From Tricharina praecox (taxonomy: Eukaryota), in the NCBI RefSeq assembly GCF_024521635.1, contig NW_026250420.1:124001-188000 (forward strand): DNA of 64,000 nucleotides, given 5' to 3'. This document shows positions 25,268 to 38,315 of the stretch, one piece after another. The notes beneath the pieces are model-generated. The model ran no database searches. It saw only the letters and a program-made list of their open reading frames with translations, and was not told where the DNA came from. Made by a program: the position numbers and the translations under genes. Within the stretch, counting starts at the first letter, position 1. Every line of letters begins with the position of its first letter.

Positions 25268-27606
25268 TATTGGCGACCACCGGCCGGGCCGCACACGACT
25301 GGGTGATCGACGAGTACTTGTACTACTAGTAGGTATATGTACCTACCTAGCTTCTCCTTTAGGTTGTAATCTTTTCCCTGCACGAGAACATCTGGTAATC
25401 GAGCTTGCTTTTTGGGGAGGGGAAATTGATCACAGTCCAGAGTGCTTTGGTATCTGCGGGGGGTGCACCGCAGCGCAGGGAGCGGTGATGAGTGGGGTAA
25501 TCAGCGTGCTGGATAGTGGGTGGCCACTAGTCCTTCAGTTGATGCCGTCCTAAGGGGTTATGAACTTCAGCTGAAGATATGCGGAAGGAAGGCGGGATCA
25601 AGATCGACTCATCGAGAAGGGAGTGTAAGGATACCATCCCCAGGGAGGCAGATCGCACTCCTGCTGAGTGCAGCGATCCAGGAAGGAAAGAAAAAAACCC
25701 GGTAACAACAATCCACGCCAGCAGGTAGTTAATAGCGCACTGGGCCAAGTCGTTTCCGCGGCTACAGTACCTTAAACTTTGAGCTACAATTGGTGAATTA
25801 GCGAAAACCGAAGCCAAGACGTCCGGGCTCAGCTCGGGGAAGAGCGAGTGCACGAACACAATCGTACCGACCGCCTGGACTCGCCGGAAACCTGAATATA
25901 TCCTAGACAGAGAAGAAGCAACAGAAGTTCCCCCCCCAAAGAGCCAACAACAGAGATCCCCTCCCAACCGCCTTGGGTAAAAGATAAGCAGAATATTCAG
26001 TAGCAACCGCGAAAGCGAACGCCGATCAATTCTATGTATCCTGATGTTCCATCTGACGATCCTCCATCGGATCGGTCCCCGTATCTCGTGGAAGGGGGAG
26101 TGGGGAGAGGGCAGTGGACGGTACCGTAGGATACCTGATTCACATCCCAGGGGGTCGGATTCTCGCTCTTCTTTTACATATGGTGTCCCGAGACGAAAAG
26201 ACGGCAGACGACGAAAAGCAGCACTTACCTTGTACCAAAAAGCAAATGGTCCTTAAATTTTTTTATCCAGGGCGGAAGGAACCCCAGGTAAATTCTGTCG
26301 GTAAAGGATCGTGGGGGATGAAATAGGTCATGAAAATGCAAATGGCGTGAGCGTGGGGTGTGTGTGGGGCGTGGGGGGAGGGGGGGTTGCGTTCAATCAG
26401 AACGCGGCAGCCGAGTAGAGTATCGCCGTTCATTCTTCCACTCTACTCTAGGTACTCCAGGTTTCAACGAGCGAAACATACAAGATCGAGCCCAGGTCCT
26501 ACCTGGTAGACGTCCAAAAGCAATCCGGAAACTTAGATTTTTACTTTTGGCTACCATTTCCTTTGGAGGATTTTCTGCATTGTTAATCGGCTAGGATCGG
26601 GCTTCAGCGAGTTGCTGTAGGTACACATAAACTAGGTGCGGACTATCACTCAGCCTTCGGCCCATCGCCGCCGCCGCACTCTCTTCAACTCGGGTTGAAC
26701 AAATCCCACATAAACGCAAGGGAGTCCTACATACTATAAAGCTACTTCGCTGAAGGTTATTCGCCCAGAGTGCCCAAAACGCTGGCCTCAAAGCCTCCAC
26801 TTCACTATCTACGACATCCATTACCGTACTCTACATACGTCTGTGGATGACACGCGGCAAATTTTAGTTAGTCAGACGCGTTTATCTAGCATTTAGGATC
26901 GTCCCGTGTCGGGAGGCGGGTGTCGACATAGACATGCGCCTCCGGGTGCTCCCGGTAATCATTGGATATTGGATGAGATGAGATACCTAGGATATTGAGT
27001 GGTGACCGTAACTAGAGTAACCATGTAGAAAAAAAGGAAAGAAGTCCAACACTCGGTATGGATGAGAGAAGGCGAGTGACGTTCCCATGAAAAGGCCGGT
27101 CGGTCGGCCAGTGGGATCCATCCGTATTCACTCGTGGCCTGGCCTGGCGGGGATCTCCTCCGGGTTTTTGTGGTTTCATCATCCTCGAGCCAAGAAGTGC
27201 ATATTTCCCCTTGCTGGTGGTATGCCTTACCTACTCTTCACGATGAAGCGGCCCATCCAAAACTTCGGGATTGGAGGCTGGCCTGGCATTTCAATCCGTG
27301 GGATAGTTACCTGTGTAAGATATCAGGCTAGGCGGTAAAGGAGGTTCAACGCCATACCCAAGTGCAGTAGCGCTCCTTTTCCTGCCTCACGGTGCCGTTC
27401 CCGCTGTTAACTACTGGAGTGGTCGCAACTGCATCCCTCCTTCCCCTCCCACACCCCCACAAACCACTCCAACCCCAACTGAAGACGGCAGTTGAAGTTT
27501 AGTCTCGATCAAAAGGGCACGTGGGGATCGCGGTTGGTGCTCCTGCAGACCAACGGACCAGAACACCGGCCTCAAAGTAGCCATCATCATTATTATGCGT
27601 GACTAC

Positions 27607-28419
27607 TCAATCCCGCGCCGAAACCCCCTGTGCAACACACCTCTCAACCGCCTCCTCGATGGGCTCGTCGCCATTCACAAGATCCAGCCAAACCCCCGTG
27701 CCCCCAGTGCCGCGCTCCAACAACTCCACGCCGATGCGGGCCACATCCTCCCGCGTAACGCCACCGGGCAGTCTCGCACGCCCCAGATCGACCTTTCCAG
27801 TCGCGGGTTCATCCGTCAGCGCTCCGGGACGCAGACATATATCCTCCCAGCCACAGTCCTTCTTCTCGGCCTTCCTACTCTCGTCCCACAGGAACTCATC
27901 GGCCGCACACTTAGCAGCGCAGTAGGCGGGAATAGCGTTCCACGCGGCTTTATACGTCTTTGCACCTCGCATCAGCGACCACCCCCAACTTTCGCACCAA
28001 CCTCAAGTTAAACCTACCTCCAGATCCAATTCATCCCACCACTCGGCCTTCTCCCGTCTCGCCACACTGGCGGAGACCATCAAAAACCTGCTGACGCCCG
28101 GGGCGCGGATCGCGGCAGCAATGAAGCGCTTCGCCGCATCCTCGTCGACGGCCTTAGTCCGCTCCTTTGCGCCCTTCCCGCCGGCGCCGGCAGACCACAC
28201 GACCCATTGCACGCCGTCCATGCTACGATCGGCGGAGGCGTCGGTCGCATCCTCGATGCTGGACACGATCGGAACTGCGAGAGGGGAGATGGATGCGATC
28301 TCCGATACGTGTGAGGCGTCGCGGATCACGGAGTGCACTTTGTGACCCCGCGCAGTCAGCAGCCGCGTCATGTGCAGCGCTACCTTGCCGTGGCCGCCGA
28401 GGAGGAGGATGGTTGGCAT
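27607..28419 (-). CDS. NAD(P)-binding Rossmann-fold protein (atypical SDR, YMR090W/UPF0659-like); intron at 28017-27958
   Basis: MPTILLLGGHGKVAL, VVWSAGAGGKG..RTKAVD, RFLMVS, YCAAKCAADEFL, ICLRPGALTDEPATGKV, VTREDVA. Confidence 0.9.
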
Positions 28420-29019
28420 ATTGTTTTTTTTGGGAGATGAGTGGTTGGAACTTGGAGGTGAGAGGTATCGTATGTAGGCGTAGAGTATTCGATGCGGGGA
28501 AAATGGTGGAAGAGACGTTGAAGTTACATGGGTGGTGACGTCATTCGATGATCCCTTCATGAGAGGTCATTCGCAGCAAGGCGAAACATCGCCATCTATA
28601 ATCCTCCCATTTCGACTGTAGAGGCAGTGAACGGTAGATTACCTTTAGTCAGTCGGTATTGTGTACCTTCTTCGGCGCGTTTAACTATGGCTTCGGCGCC
28701 CATGTAGAGGTGGGGAACGGGATTGTTGCATCGGGTCAATTATCACGGCAGCAGACACGATCAGGAAGTGTGTATATCGCCAGTCTAGATGGGCTACATG
28801 CGATCATCTGTTGCTTTAATATTGGAACGCATATCTAGACTCCTAACAGAGGTTGGGATGCGGATCACATTTGAAGTCTACGAGGTATAAGTCCCTTTTA
28901 GCACACGCAAGATCTGCCCGGTACACACTACCGCGAGATGAAGCTATATACACAAGCTCACCATCTCATCAGAGGCAAAGAAGAAGAAAAAAAGCAGATC
29001 ACTGTAAATCCACCACCGC

Positions 29020-29908
29020 CTACCACTCCCTGGGGTGGGGGTATGGTTTCTGCTTCTGGGCAGCCAAGTATCCCTCACTCCACTGCTTCATTCTCTCTTT
29101 GCGTCCGACCTTGGCCTACAACAGAAGCACTCAGTTAGTGACATGGAACGGCCATTCGGGCTAGATACGTTGTGTATCATCGGAACATACCTTGGCCTTC
29201 TTCACCCTCACCTCACGCTCGTGCACGTATGCCACAACCGCGACGTAATCCTCATGGTTGAGCTCTTTGACGAGCCGCTTCTTCTCGGCGACGCTCGTTG
29301 CATTGATGATCTACCAAAGTGTTAGGAAGCGCTGCCGCCGTACTGCTCGCGCGGTTGCGGTGTATGTAGGTACATACCTTGAGGGCATGGGCGGGGATCT
29401 TGTCGGCGGGCTTGTCGGCGGGCTTGTCGGCGGGCTTGTCGGCGGGCTTGTCGGCGGGCTTGTCGGCGGGCTTGTCGGTGGGCTCGGCCGCGGGCATGTG
29501 CTGCACGATGTACTCGCGCAGGTATCCTATCACCTCGAGGTAGTCCTCGAATGGGATGTCACGCAGGAGCTGCGCCGTCTCATCCAGGGTCTCGGCAGCG
29601 ATGATCTGCTAAAGTGTTAAGGAAGTTCCGCCACTGTATTGCTCGCGTGTTGTACATACCTCGAGGGCGGCCGCTCGGCGCTTGTCAGCTCTCTCGGCCA
29701 CGGACACGGGCGTTTCTGACTTATCCCTCTTCTTGCCATTGATCTTGTTCTCGGTGGGATTGCCCTATCAGTGTCGTGTCAGTAATCTCGTCTCGAAGGG
29801 GTGAGACGGGATGCATACAGCGAGCTTGGTGTTGCGAGTGCGCTCGAAGGACTCGGGGACGGAGTCGGCGGCCATGGTTGCGGCGGTGTCGTTACGGGTA
29901 TACACCAT
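29020..29908 (-). CDS. Orphan 213-aa protein with (DKPA)n repeat; exons 29908-29819, 29764-29660, 29608-29378, 29310-29191, 29115-29020
   Basis: Four phase-0 GTATG..AG introns join the exons into an uninterrupted 642-nt ORF (MVYTRND...PHPREW*). A CT-rich leader lies upstream. Confidence 0.7.
29399..29482. repeat. 12-bp tandem repeat x7 (CTTGTCGGCGGG), encoding PADK on the minus strand
   Basis: Directly visible. Confidence 0.95.
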
Positions 29909-31629
29909 TTTGACGTAGGCGTGGGCGGATTTTGATGGAGGATGAGATGGAAGTTGAGGGAGAGTGTTGATGGTGGGAGAGAGAAGGAGAAAGAGATGAA
30001 GGTGGGAGAGAAACTGTGCTTCTATAGATTCCGGATTTGTAGCATTGAACTTCCAAGGCAACCAAAGCCCGCTTATGTATTCGGCTGCTCGTCCCCGTTG
30101 AATCATGCGCAGCTGGCTGGATCGAGTTCGCACTAGTTCCGTATGGTGGAGGACTGTTGTAGCTGTCGACGGTCGCCCTACCTAGAAAAGGAAAACGTTC
30201 TGACTGAACGAGGGAATGTCGCCACAGATTACAATTTGGGTTGGACTGCAGCAGGGCCGGTTGACATACGATGATGGGTTCGACGACAGATATGGGATGA
30301 AGAGGACCCAACCTTCATTCCCAGACTATCTCCTCTTGCAACCGATCCGGTCATTCGGACCGGTTTGAAATGCAGACGTCCGGGCATACCACCGCTCTCA
30401 CCGATGAACTCTTCATCCCCTCCTCTCAATCACCAATGAGCTCGCCCTGAAGACTTTCCCGGTTTCCGCGTGCTGTGCGTCCCACCTGCGAAACACGTCT
30501 CGCATATAACATACATATTCGCGTTACCCTTTCCACCCCCCGGCGAGAATAAATGCTCTAATCGTCCGGGTTGTGGACGCTTCTTTGGTGTTGGTGCTGG
30601 TGCTGATGCTGGACCTGCGAGTGTTTCGGCGTGAATCTCCGTGCACTGGCGAGGGAAGGCGGCATCGTACGCATGACGAGCAGTAAGATTCCAGAAATAG
30701 TAACGATAAGGGCTAGAAACGCAATGGAACAAAGTACAATAGCTGGACGGTAGTGTTTCAACCTGTTCTTCGACTGCTCTGCAGGCCTCTGGTCACCCTC
30801 ATGGGCTATCACTCACAAAATTACCACCGTGGAGCGGCGTTGATCACATAAACAAACAGCCCATGGTCACTTTCGCTGTTACTCCCCACGCCCTCCTTTC
30901 TATGGTATCTCCCGATAAGAGGTAGGGGACGAGGCGGTGAGAGGAGCGGACGTTTGTTTTCCTGGCTTTATTTCCTTGGTGCGAGTCGCGACTTCGGTGA
31001 CAGGCGGAGGGCAGAGGAAGCCGCACGCTTTGTCTATTCCTCTCATCTCCCATCTCGGCCCCAAGGAAGCGAATGACTGCAAGTCTGCAACCAGGACCTA
31101 CTGCCACATGTTCTTGGCATCTGGTCAGGCCGACGGTTGCTCTGAATCTCGCCGTCTTCGCCTCCTGCAGTGCGAGCCGAGTGGGGAGACGATCCCGGGA
31201 TGCCACTGCCCAACGCTCATCCGGGGAGCAAACCGGACGGACCGACGGCCAGCGAGATGCCAACGCAAGGAACAACCGATCGATCGATCTTTTGATTGCA
31301 ACTTCGCGTGCAACCTCCTCTGTGTATGCAAGAGCCGTAGGGAAGATGCCAGAGGTACTATACCTAATGCGGTCTCTGAAACGTTTAAACTGATTCATGG
31401 TTTGTTCTGCTTTCTAATTGTTTTCCTCGTCTGTCGTTCACCACCGCAGAGATACTTTGAGGTTCAGAGGTCTGAAGTACACAAGCCTTCTTTTCTTGTT
31501 GCAGATCTAATCGAATCAGTCTCATCAGTTGCCCGTACTCATCCAGAGTCTCTCATCTGGTGCACAAAACCCGGATAACCCCTTCGGACCGTCCCGTCTG
31601 GAACCGCCATTGCACATTATCAGCGTCAA

Positions 31630-31860
31630 CTCAAAAGGACGGACACGGCGGAGAAGGACGTCAACGGAGAAGCACGTACACGGCAGAAAAGGGCGTGCAC
31701 AGCGGAGAAGGGCTTACACGGCGGAGAAGAACATATCCGGCTGAAAAGGACGTCAACGGAGAAGGACGTACACGGCGGAGACGAAGGTCAACGGAGATGG
31801 ACGTACCCGTCGGAAAAGGACGTAAACAGCGGAAAAGGAGCGTAAACGACGGAAACGAGC
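31630..31860. repeat. Degenerate ~15-18-bp minisatellite (AAGGACGT(C/A)(A/C)ACGG(CGG)AG)
   Basis: Recurrent aaggacgtcaacggag / aaggacgtacacggcggag units; the frame is not conserved between units. Confidence 0.75.
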
Positions 31861-33474
31861 TTCGGAAGTTGCTACTCTGGCTCCGTGGAACCGGGAGGCT
31901 ACGAACGACGCCTACAGGACCTTCAAGGCTACGAAGCCGCTCGCAGGCTCCTGATACAGAGCCATCGACATATATCAGTGGACGGAGAATCATCGCCCTT
32001 TGGGCAGTTGCCCGTACCCGTCGAGGGTCTCTCACTATCTGGCTGTCTGTCGGTGGCACACTGCCGCCCGATTTTAAAGTTCAGAGGTGAGACGGTTTCA
32101 ACTTCCAGGCACCAGGTTAAAGGTTTCGCACTGGACTGGACCGCGGGGTGCTCAGTCTTCGGTACCAAAGTACTCATCATCTCTGGCACCCATCAGCACA
32201 GTGCATCCCAGCGTAGCCCAGGGTACCAGACACGACACGACACGACAAACGGGGCGGGGGGTAGGCGGGACGGGGGGCGGACGATTCCGCAACTCTCCGA
32301 CTGCAGCCTACGCAGCAAAATAAACACGTTTTGACATCCCCACTCCCAACCACCCAACCGCCCAAGCCACGGAGTTCTTTCTTACGGGGTTCGACATCGG
32401 CCGGAATGAGACGCCTCGCCCCGAGGCTCGACGTGACGTGTCCAGCCACACCACACACCACACACCATTCGACCACGACGGACAGCGGGCGATGATTGGG
32501 TATGAGACTATACGACTATGATATGAGTGCAAGTGTGCAAGGCCATGGGCCATGGATTCGGTGCGTTGTGATGCGCAATATATTACCGTGTGCGCGCCCG
32601 ACCTGCGCTGCGGGGGCATCCGTTGCTTCGGCGTGGCTCCCGGGGTCTGATGTCGCAGAGGAAACCGCAGAGGAATGAGAGGGAAGTTGAGCCATGGCGG
32701 TGAGCGGCGAGCGAGCGCTGAGGTTGTTACTCACTCACTCACTTACTCACCGATGCGATCCCATCCAAACGATAGAAAGTTCCGAGCATATATGTGCACT
32801 AAGTATCTACTGAGACCCCCGCTCTGACGACGTGACGGACCGACCCATGGCCACTGGCCACTGCGCGCCCATCATCCATGTGCTTTGCATAATCGCTCGG
32901 TTCCTGGATCTTCCTGGATAATGATGGACAGCAAGCTCGTATGTACCGTATATATGGACAGCCACCAATGGATCACTGGCTACCTTCCTATGTGCCCGGA
33001 TCTCGTACCCGTATCCATCCCTGTTTGGTCGATGCGATGGAGAGTGAGTGAGTGAGTGAGTGATGGGCAGCTGACAGACGTCCACGTGGACGAGTGCGTC
33101 GTGGGCCGTCGCCCACTCACTCACGTTCCTATATACGAGATATGGGTACTCTAGACACGGGAGCGGGGGACCGGGGGTTCGTGTGCACTGTGCACTGTCG
33201 ACTGTCGACGTTCTCCCGTGCCAGGTGCCTTGCGCCCTGCATTTACCCCACTCGATATAGCTACCAGGTACGTACTCCCTACGATGTGCGTGCGTATAAA
33301 GGGCCGCCATCCCCCGCCCCCCCGAGCTGTCTTACACGGCTTCCCATCCCCCTCCGTCCCCTCGCCATCCATCAGCAACACGCAACTAACCTCCCAGTCC
33401 AACAAATAAACAAAAACCCTCCATCGCCAACCGCCGTCCCCATCACTAAAACCTCGCCCCAATAATAACCAGTT

Positions 33475-33813
33475 ATGGTGTACCTTACCCGGCAAGCCGT
33501 ACGGAACGGCGCAAAGCTGCCCGACCCGCTGCCATTTCCGCCGGCGATCAAGTCTCGCGTCACCAAGAAGAAGGGGCCGCGCAAGCAGACCTCCACCGCC
33601 AACCAGAAGGTTCGTTTCTTTTGCCATGCGCAAATCAGATCTTCGGGGTTGAGAGAGAGAGAGAGAGATAGAAACTGACGCGGTTGGTTGCGTTGCGTTG
33701 CTTAGCCGCCGCTCATGACTGCAAGGGAGAAATCCAATAAGAACTTGAAGAAGAAGAAGAAGGCGACGGCACTGGAGAAGAAGAAGGACGAGAAGGAGGT
33801 GGAGAAGATATAA
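33475..33813 (+). CDS. Small basic lysine-rich orphan protein, 80 aa; intron at 33610-33705
   Basis: TATAAA at 33295 and a C-rich leader. The spliced ORF is MVYLTRQAVRNG...STANQK|PPLMTAREKSNKNLKKKKKA...EVEKI*, with intron GTTCGT..CTGAC..TAG. Confidence 0.6.
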
Positions 33814-35557
33814 AGGGCCTGACACGGATATGCCGCGATATGTGGGTTTGGGCCCGCTCGGGGTGAGGTGGTTGGTGCGGTGGTGGGGTTGAATTGGGCT
33901 GGGTTGGTGGATGAAGTGTGTTTCTTCCCACCGCGGGGAGGGGGGGCGTATGGGATCGGGATCAGGATTGGAAATGGGAATGGGGGATGGGAGGGCTTTG
34001 CGCTGCAACTTTGATTCGAGATTCGAGGGATTATGACGGCCGACACGGAAGACCGCGGTGTACCTGTTTGTTAGTGGTTTTCCTGGAAAGCGGGGTGGAG
34101 GGTAGTATGTGCGGCATGTGCTTTGGGGGATGGACGGACGGCATCGTGTGCTCTTTCGAAGGATTTATGCTACCTACTCTTGGGTCTTCCGCTCGTTAAG
34201 GCCTTGTGTCTAGGTCCGTTCAGTGGGCAAGATCAAACGTGTCTTTGTTGTGTTGGTCCACTGGCCTCCATTCGACGGCGAAGCGAGCCCAACACGGTGC
34301 CGTGTGCTCTTTGCTCTTTGCAGTCGTGAAGCCGCCTTCGCTCTCGATGGATTTCGATGCGAACATCGCTTGACATGTCCGAGCGAGCCGATCGGCACCG
34401 ATCGGAGGAGGGAGGGAGACCGGCCGGCCAGCGTTCTCAACTCGGTGTGGCGGTAAGGCGCCGAGTTGGGTTCACCACGGTAAGCTTGAGGTTCCGGGTG
34501 TCGCGTCCAACAAGGGGTGCACGATGGTAGAAAAGCCCGAGCATCCGCCGAGTCGAGCACCCCTCGTAGCAAGCACCCCGCACACTACAACTGTGAAACG
34601 AAACACCCTATGTGCTCCCACGCTACTTACCAGCCTATGTCCAAGCGCGGGCTTCGAGACCGTGCCCACCGCTTCACCGCCGCTTCACCGCCGCTCCCCC
34701 GCCCCGGCAAGATGGACGGGAAGGCCCCGCACGCATCCTCGTGCTCTGCGCGCGGTTGCAGAAAGTCATTCCTTTTGTGCACCGATCCGTCCGTCCTGGC
34801 CCACCAGATCAGAGAGTAGGACGGCGCGGATGAGACGCGCTTGGTTGCGAACTTGCGATGAACGAGTATTACCTGCCATCCTGTGACTGCGGCTGGGGTT
34901 GAGGTTGAGGGTGGTGGATCTCACGGATCACGCCGGAGATGTGAGCAGCCGCTGCGAGACGATTTGGTCGCCGTGCGCGGATTCCTGACGGTACAAACGG
35001 CTGAACTATCGGGATTTATACGGATTTATTGCCAGGTAGGAGGTAGGTATGTTCGATGATGGATGATGGAGGTCAGCCCTCTTGTTCTAACTTCTAATGC
35101 TTTTCGACGAATGTCTGGTTTCCCACGGTACTCGTGGTCGTGACGGTTCTTGGTAAACGGTGAATACCTACCTCCTACATACAGATGGGTGACTCGGCTC
35201 TCGAGTCCGAGTTTTCGGTTCCCAGTGCCAGCTTTCGCGGGCCAGGAGGTGTGGAGATGGAGATGGCCGAGGAGAATGAGAATTGGAGCAGCTGACGGAG
35301 TATACCGTCACGATTCAATGGTGAGATCTGGAGATGTGGCACCGATGTACTTCCTTTTGTTGCAGAAGATGGTCTACCTACCGACTCTGTCTCCGGATAG
35401 TAGTATGTACGCAGCCGATGACCTTCTCGGAGTTGGGAGTTGATATGGCAGTGGGAACCCCTCCTTCCGGCAGTATAGGCAGTACAGGTCCCGAGCCGGA
35501 AAACCCAAGACTCGATGTCGAGACTCGATAATTTCTCAAAGCCGAGCCCGTAAGATA

Positions 35558-36568
35558 TGTTCTAGCCTGCCGGGCAAAACTAGTATTTTATAAATGGACC
35601 GGCCACCAGACCAAGCGACCGGCCCCCAGACGAAGTGACTGGATATACGAAGTGACCGGACAGTGGGGAAAAGTTTTGCGAGCAGACCGGTCTGCCCGCA
35701 TATTTTTGAGGAGGCCAGTCTGCTCGCAAGTTGCCGGCGCTACTCGTTAGCTAAAAAGTTCTGTGGTGCCATTAGAGAAAATCTTTTTCTCGCTACTACG
35801 AAAGAGCTGTTCCTCTTGCCACCATGAATAGACAAATATCAGGTTTGACATATTTGATATTCGGCTTCACATCTTCAAGCATCATGCCTTCACATATCAC
35901 CGTCATTACTGCGATAGTAGAAGCTACAGCCTACAGATGCCTCTGCCGAACTTTCAAGTATTGGTTGACAGAACTGAGAACAGTCCACGAGTCGCCGCTG
36001 TTTGACCAGCACCCACAATAAGCCGCCGCAGTCTCCTTCCAGGTGCCCAAACAGCATCCAGCCAGAAAATGGCTCAGCCTACTGACAACATAACGAAGGT
36101 CATCTGCGGTGGTGGTTGTATTCAGGGGGAAGCTGGAGGAGAAACAGCTGAGGAAGACATTGGACGGGTGTTGAGTAAGAGAAAAAGGGTGCACGGCTAG
36201 GACGCACGGCTGAGGGGACGATAACGTGTAAATTCACATGAGGTCTGTGTGAAGATTTGTGCGTTGACTCGATAGAACATTATTGACTGCTGATATACTT
36301 CAATCCATCGCCGTAAATGTGATGCCCATGGATATGCACATAAATCATGTCCGGCAGGCTGGTCTACTCGTAAAATAATCTCGGTGGACTGGCCAGACGA
36401 CCAAAATCACCCAGCAGGCCGGTCTATCGGGTTAAAAATTATCTGCAGAGACCGGTCTGTCCAGAATATTTTCTAACTCGGCAGTCCGGTCAGATTGCAT
36501 ATCCAGTCATTTGCCCCCCGGGCCGGTCTATTTATAAAAAAACACATTTTTCCCGGCAGGCTAGAACA
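35558..36568. mobile_element. ~1.0-kb non-autonomous DNA transposon with ~130-bp imperfect TIRs and TGT...ACA termini
   Basis: The left end TGTTCTAGCCTGCCGGG is the exact reverse complement of the right end CCCGGCAGGCTAGAACA. Inverted similarity continues through TTTTATAAAT(G/A)GACCGGCC, TGACTGGATAT, TGACCGGAC and CAGACCGGTCT. Flanks are GATA / AATA. No intact transposase. Confidence 0.85.
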
Positions 36569-38315
36569 AATATGTACTTGGATTACCGCTGTCGAGAATC
36601 CGGTGGTAGTGGTAAATAGTACATGAATCATACATACCCAGACAGTAAATCCAGCTGAACAGTGAACTCACTACTCATGAACGCCGGACGTCTTCGTCGT
36701 GTTACTGTCACTATGCACCTCCAAGAATACCAGACTATCTCAATACTCTAGGTAAATCACCGGGACCACGCCGCTCCCCAAGCTGGAGCCCAAGGGGCGA
36801 ACTTCGAAGACCAGACGAAGCGTGAAATTCCACACTGTGCCTGAGAGCAGCAGCGAATATAAAACCATGATCCAACGACCTGCGGAAGCGGCTCTCGTGC
36901 TGATAAATACATACCGCCCCTCCTTCCAAGTCCTATGTACTGCGGATACCGTTACATATGTCGCAATCTAGATTCCAACATCATTTCTGCACATTTACCG
37001 AGACACAGGCAACCACGGGTTCGCTAGCTAGTAAACATGCTTGTTTGAACTACCTACCTGGCTAGTTATGCTGACCACCAAGCACTGACTGCAGCAGTAG
37101 GAAATTGAACCGGACACATACATGTGCACTTTACCTGCCTATCGCTACTATTTTGATCTAACCTATTAAGGGTGTGAATAGACATATGTGTTTGTAAATA
37201 GTACCCACGAGAGATCCGCACCGTGTAAGTTGAATTGGAGTGGGTATAGGCCGACTCGCGGGGTTCTAGAAGCTTTTCATTCCTGCAGAGTGTATACACA
37301 CCGGCACTTGTCTCTGCAGAACCTATATATCTCCTTAGTCCCTTCATATCCACCATCGTCTGCGCCTGTTTGGCCTCTTTCTCCTTCTCCGTCTCCCGGT
37401 GTTCTCCTGCCAAGGTCCTGGTTCAACTTACCGCTGCAGCCGACCAATTTGAGGTCTGCTCGAATCTCGGTAGCTATCGACGATCGTCTTGTTCTCGCTG
37501 AGAGATATTGAAGCGTAACTACTCTGCAGAGAAGAGACGGTTGCATACCATATGACTTCCAGACGCTGGCCAAAATACCTACCTTCCGGTATTTCGTCCC
37601 ATCGGTCGGGGTAGGTATGTCAAACTGCAAAGGTATATAGTCAAGCCCGGGGGGGTTACCCGACGATATTTATGGGCTAAACTCGCACTCCATATCTACT
37701 GTATTACCCATGTCTACTGTATGACTGTATTACTGCGGAACAGCATCTAACCAAACCACACCAAACCACACCAAACCTCACCACCGACCCGCCGGCAAAC
37801 GGCCTACAACGCCGAGGAAATGAAAGAGACGGGATAGACAGGCAGTCCTTTATCTGCTGATGCTGATGCTGATGCTTTCTGTTGGAACGAAGCTTCATGT
37901 GCAATAGCAACCCTATGTGCATTCTTGCTTCGCTTCCTTCGCTTCCTTTGGACTTGGCTACAGGAAGTCTGAGTAGCGGGGCGAGCACTTGTACCTTTTC
38001 CAGCTCGAGATGCCATTATGTGCCTCGAGTGTACAGATTCGGCGGGGTGTGCTAATTTGACCATACGATTCCCTAATACAATGGGTTGCATCGTCACTGC
38101 AAGAGAATGAATGGAGTTTCTACATATAAAAGGCCATAGCGAGGTCTACCAATGCCCATTCAGCGAGCCCACCAGGTCAACATCCCACCAGTCAATAGAC
38201 CAACTCCTGTCATTCTTTTTTCGCTATCTTCACACCGACATCTGTCTTCTTTCTTTTTGTCTATCTTCCCACCGCCGTCTGTCTTTTCAACAGTGAAACA
38301 GAGTACCTAGCCAGC

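Noticed and set aside
30844..32334. Cys/Arg-rich ORFs of 130-210 aa on both strands
   Set aside because: No recognisable domain, non-ATG starts, and partly produced by the minisatellite. At most an unidentifiable relic.
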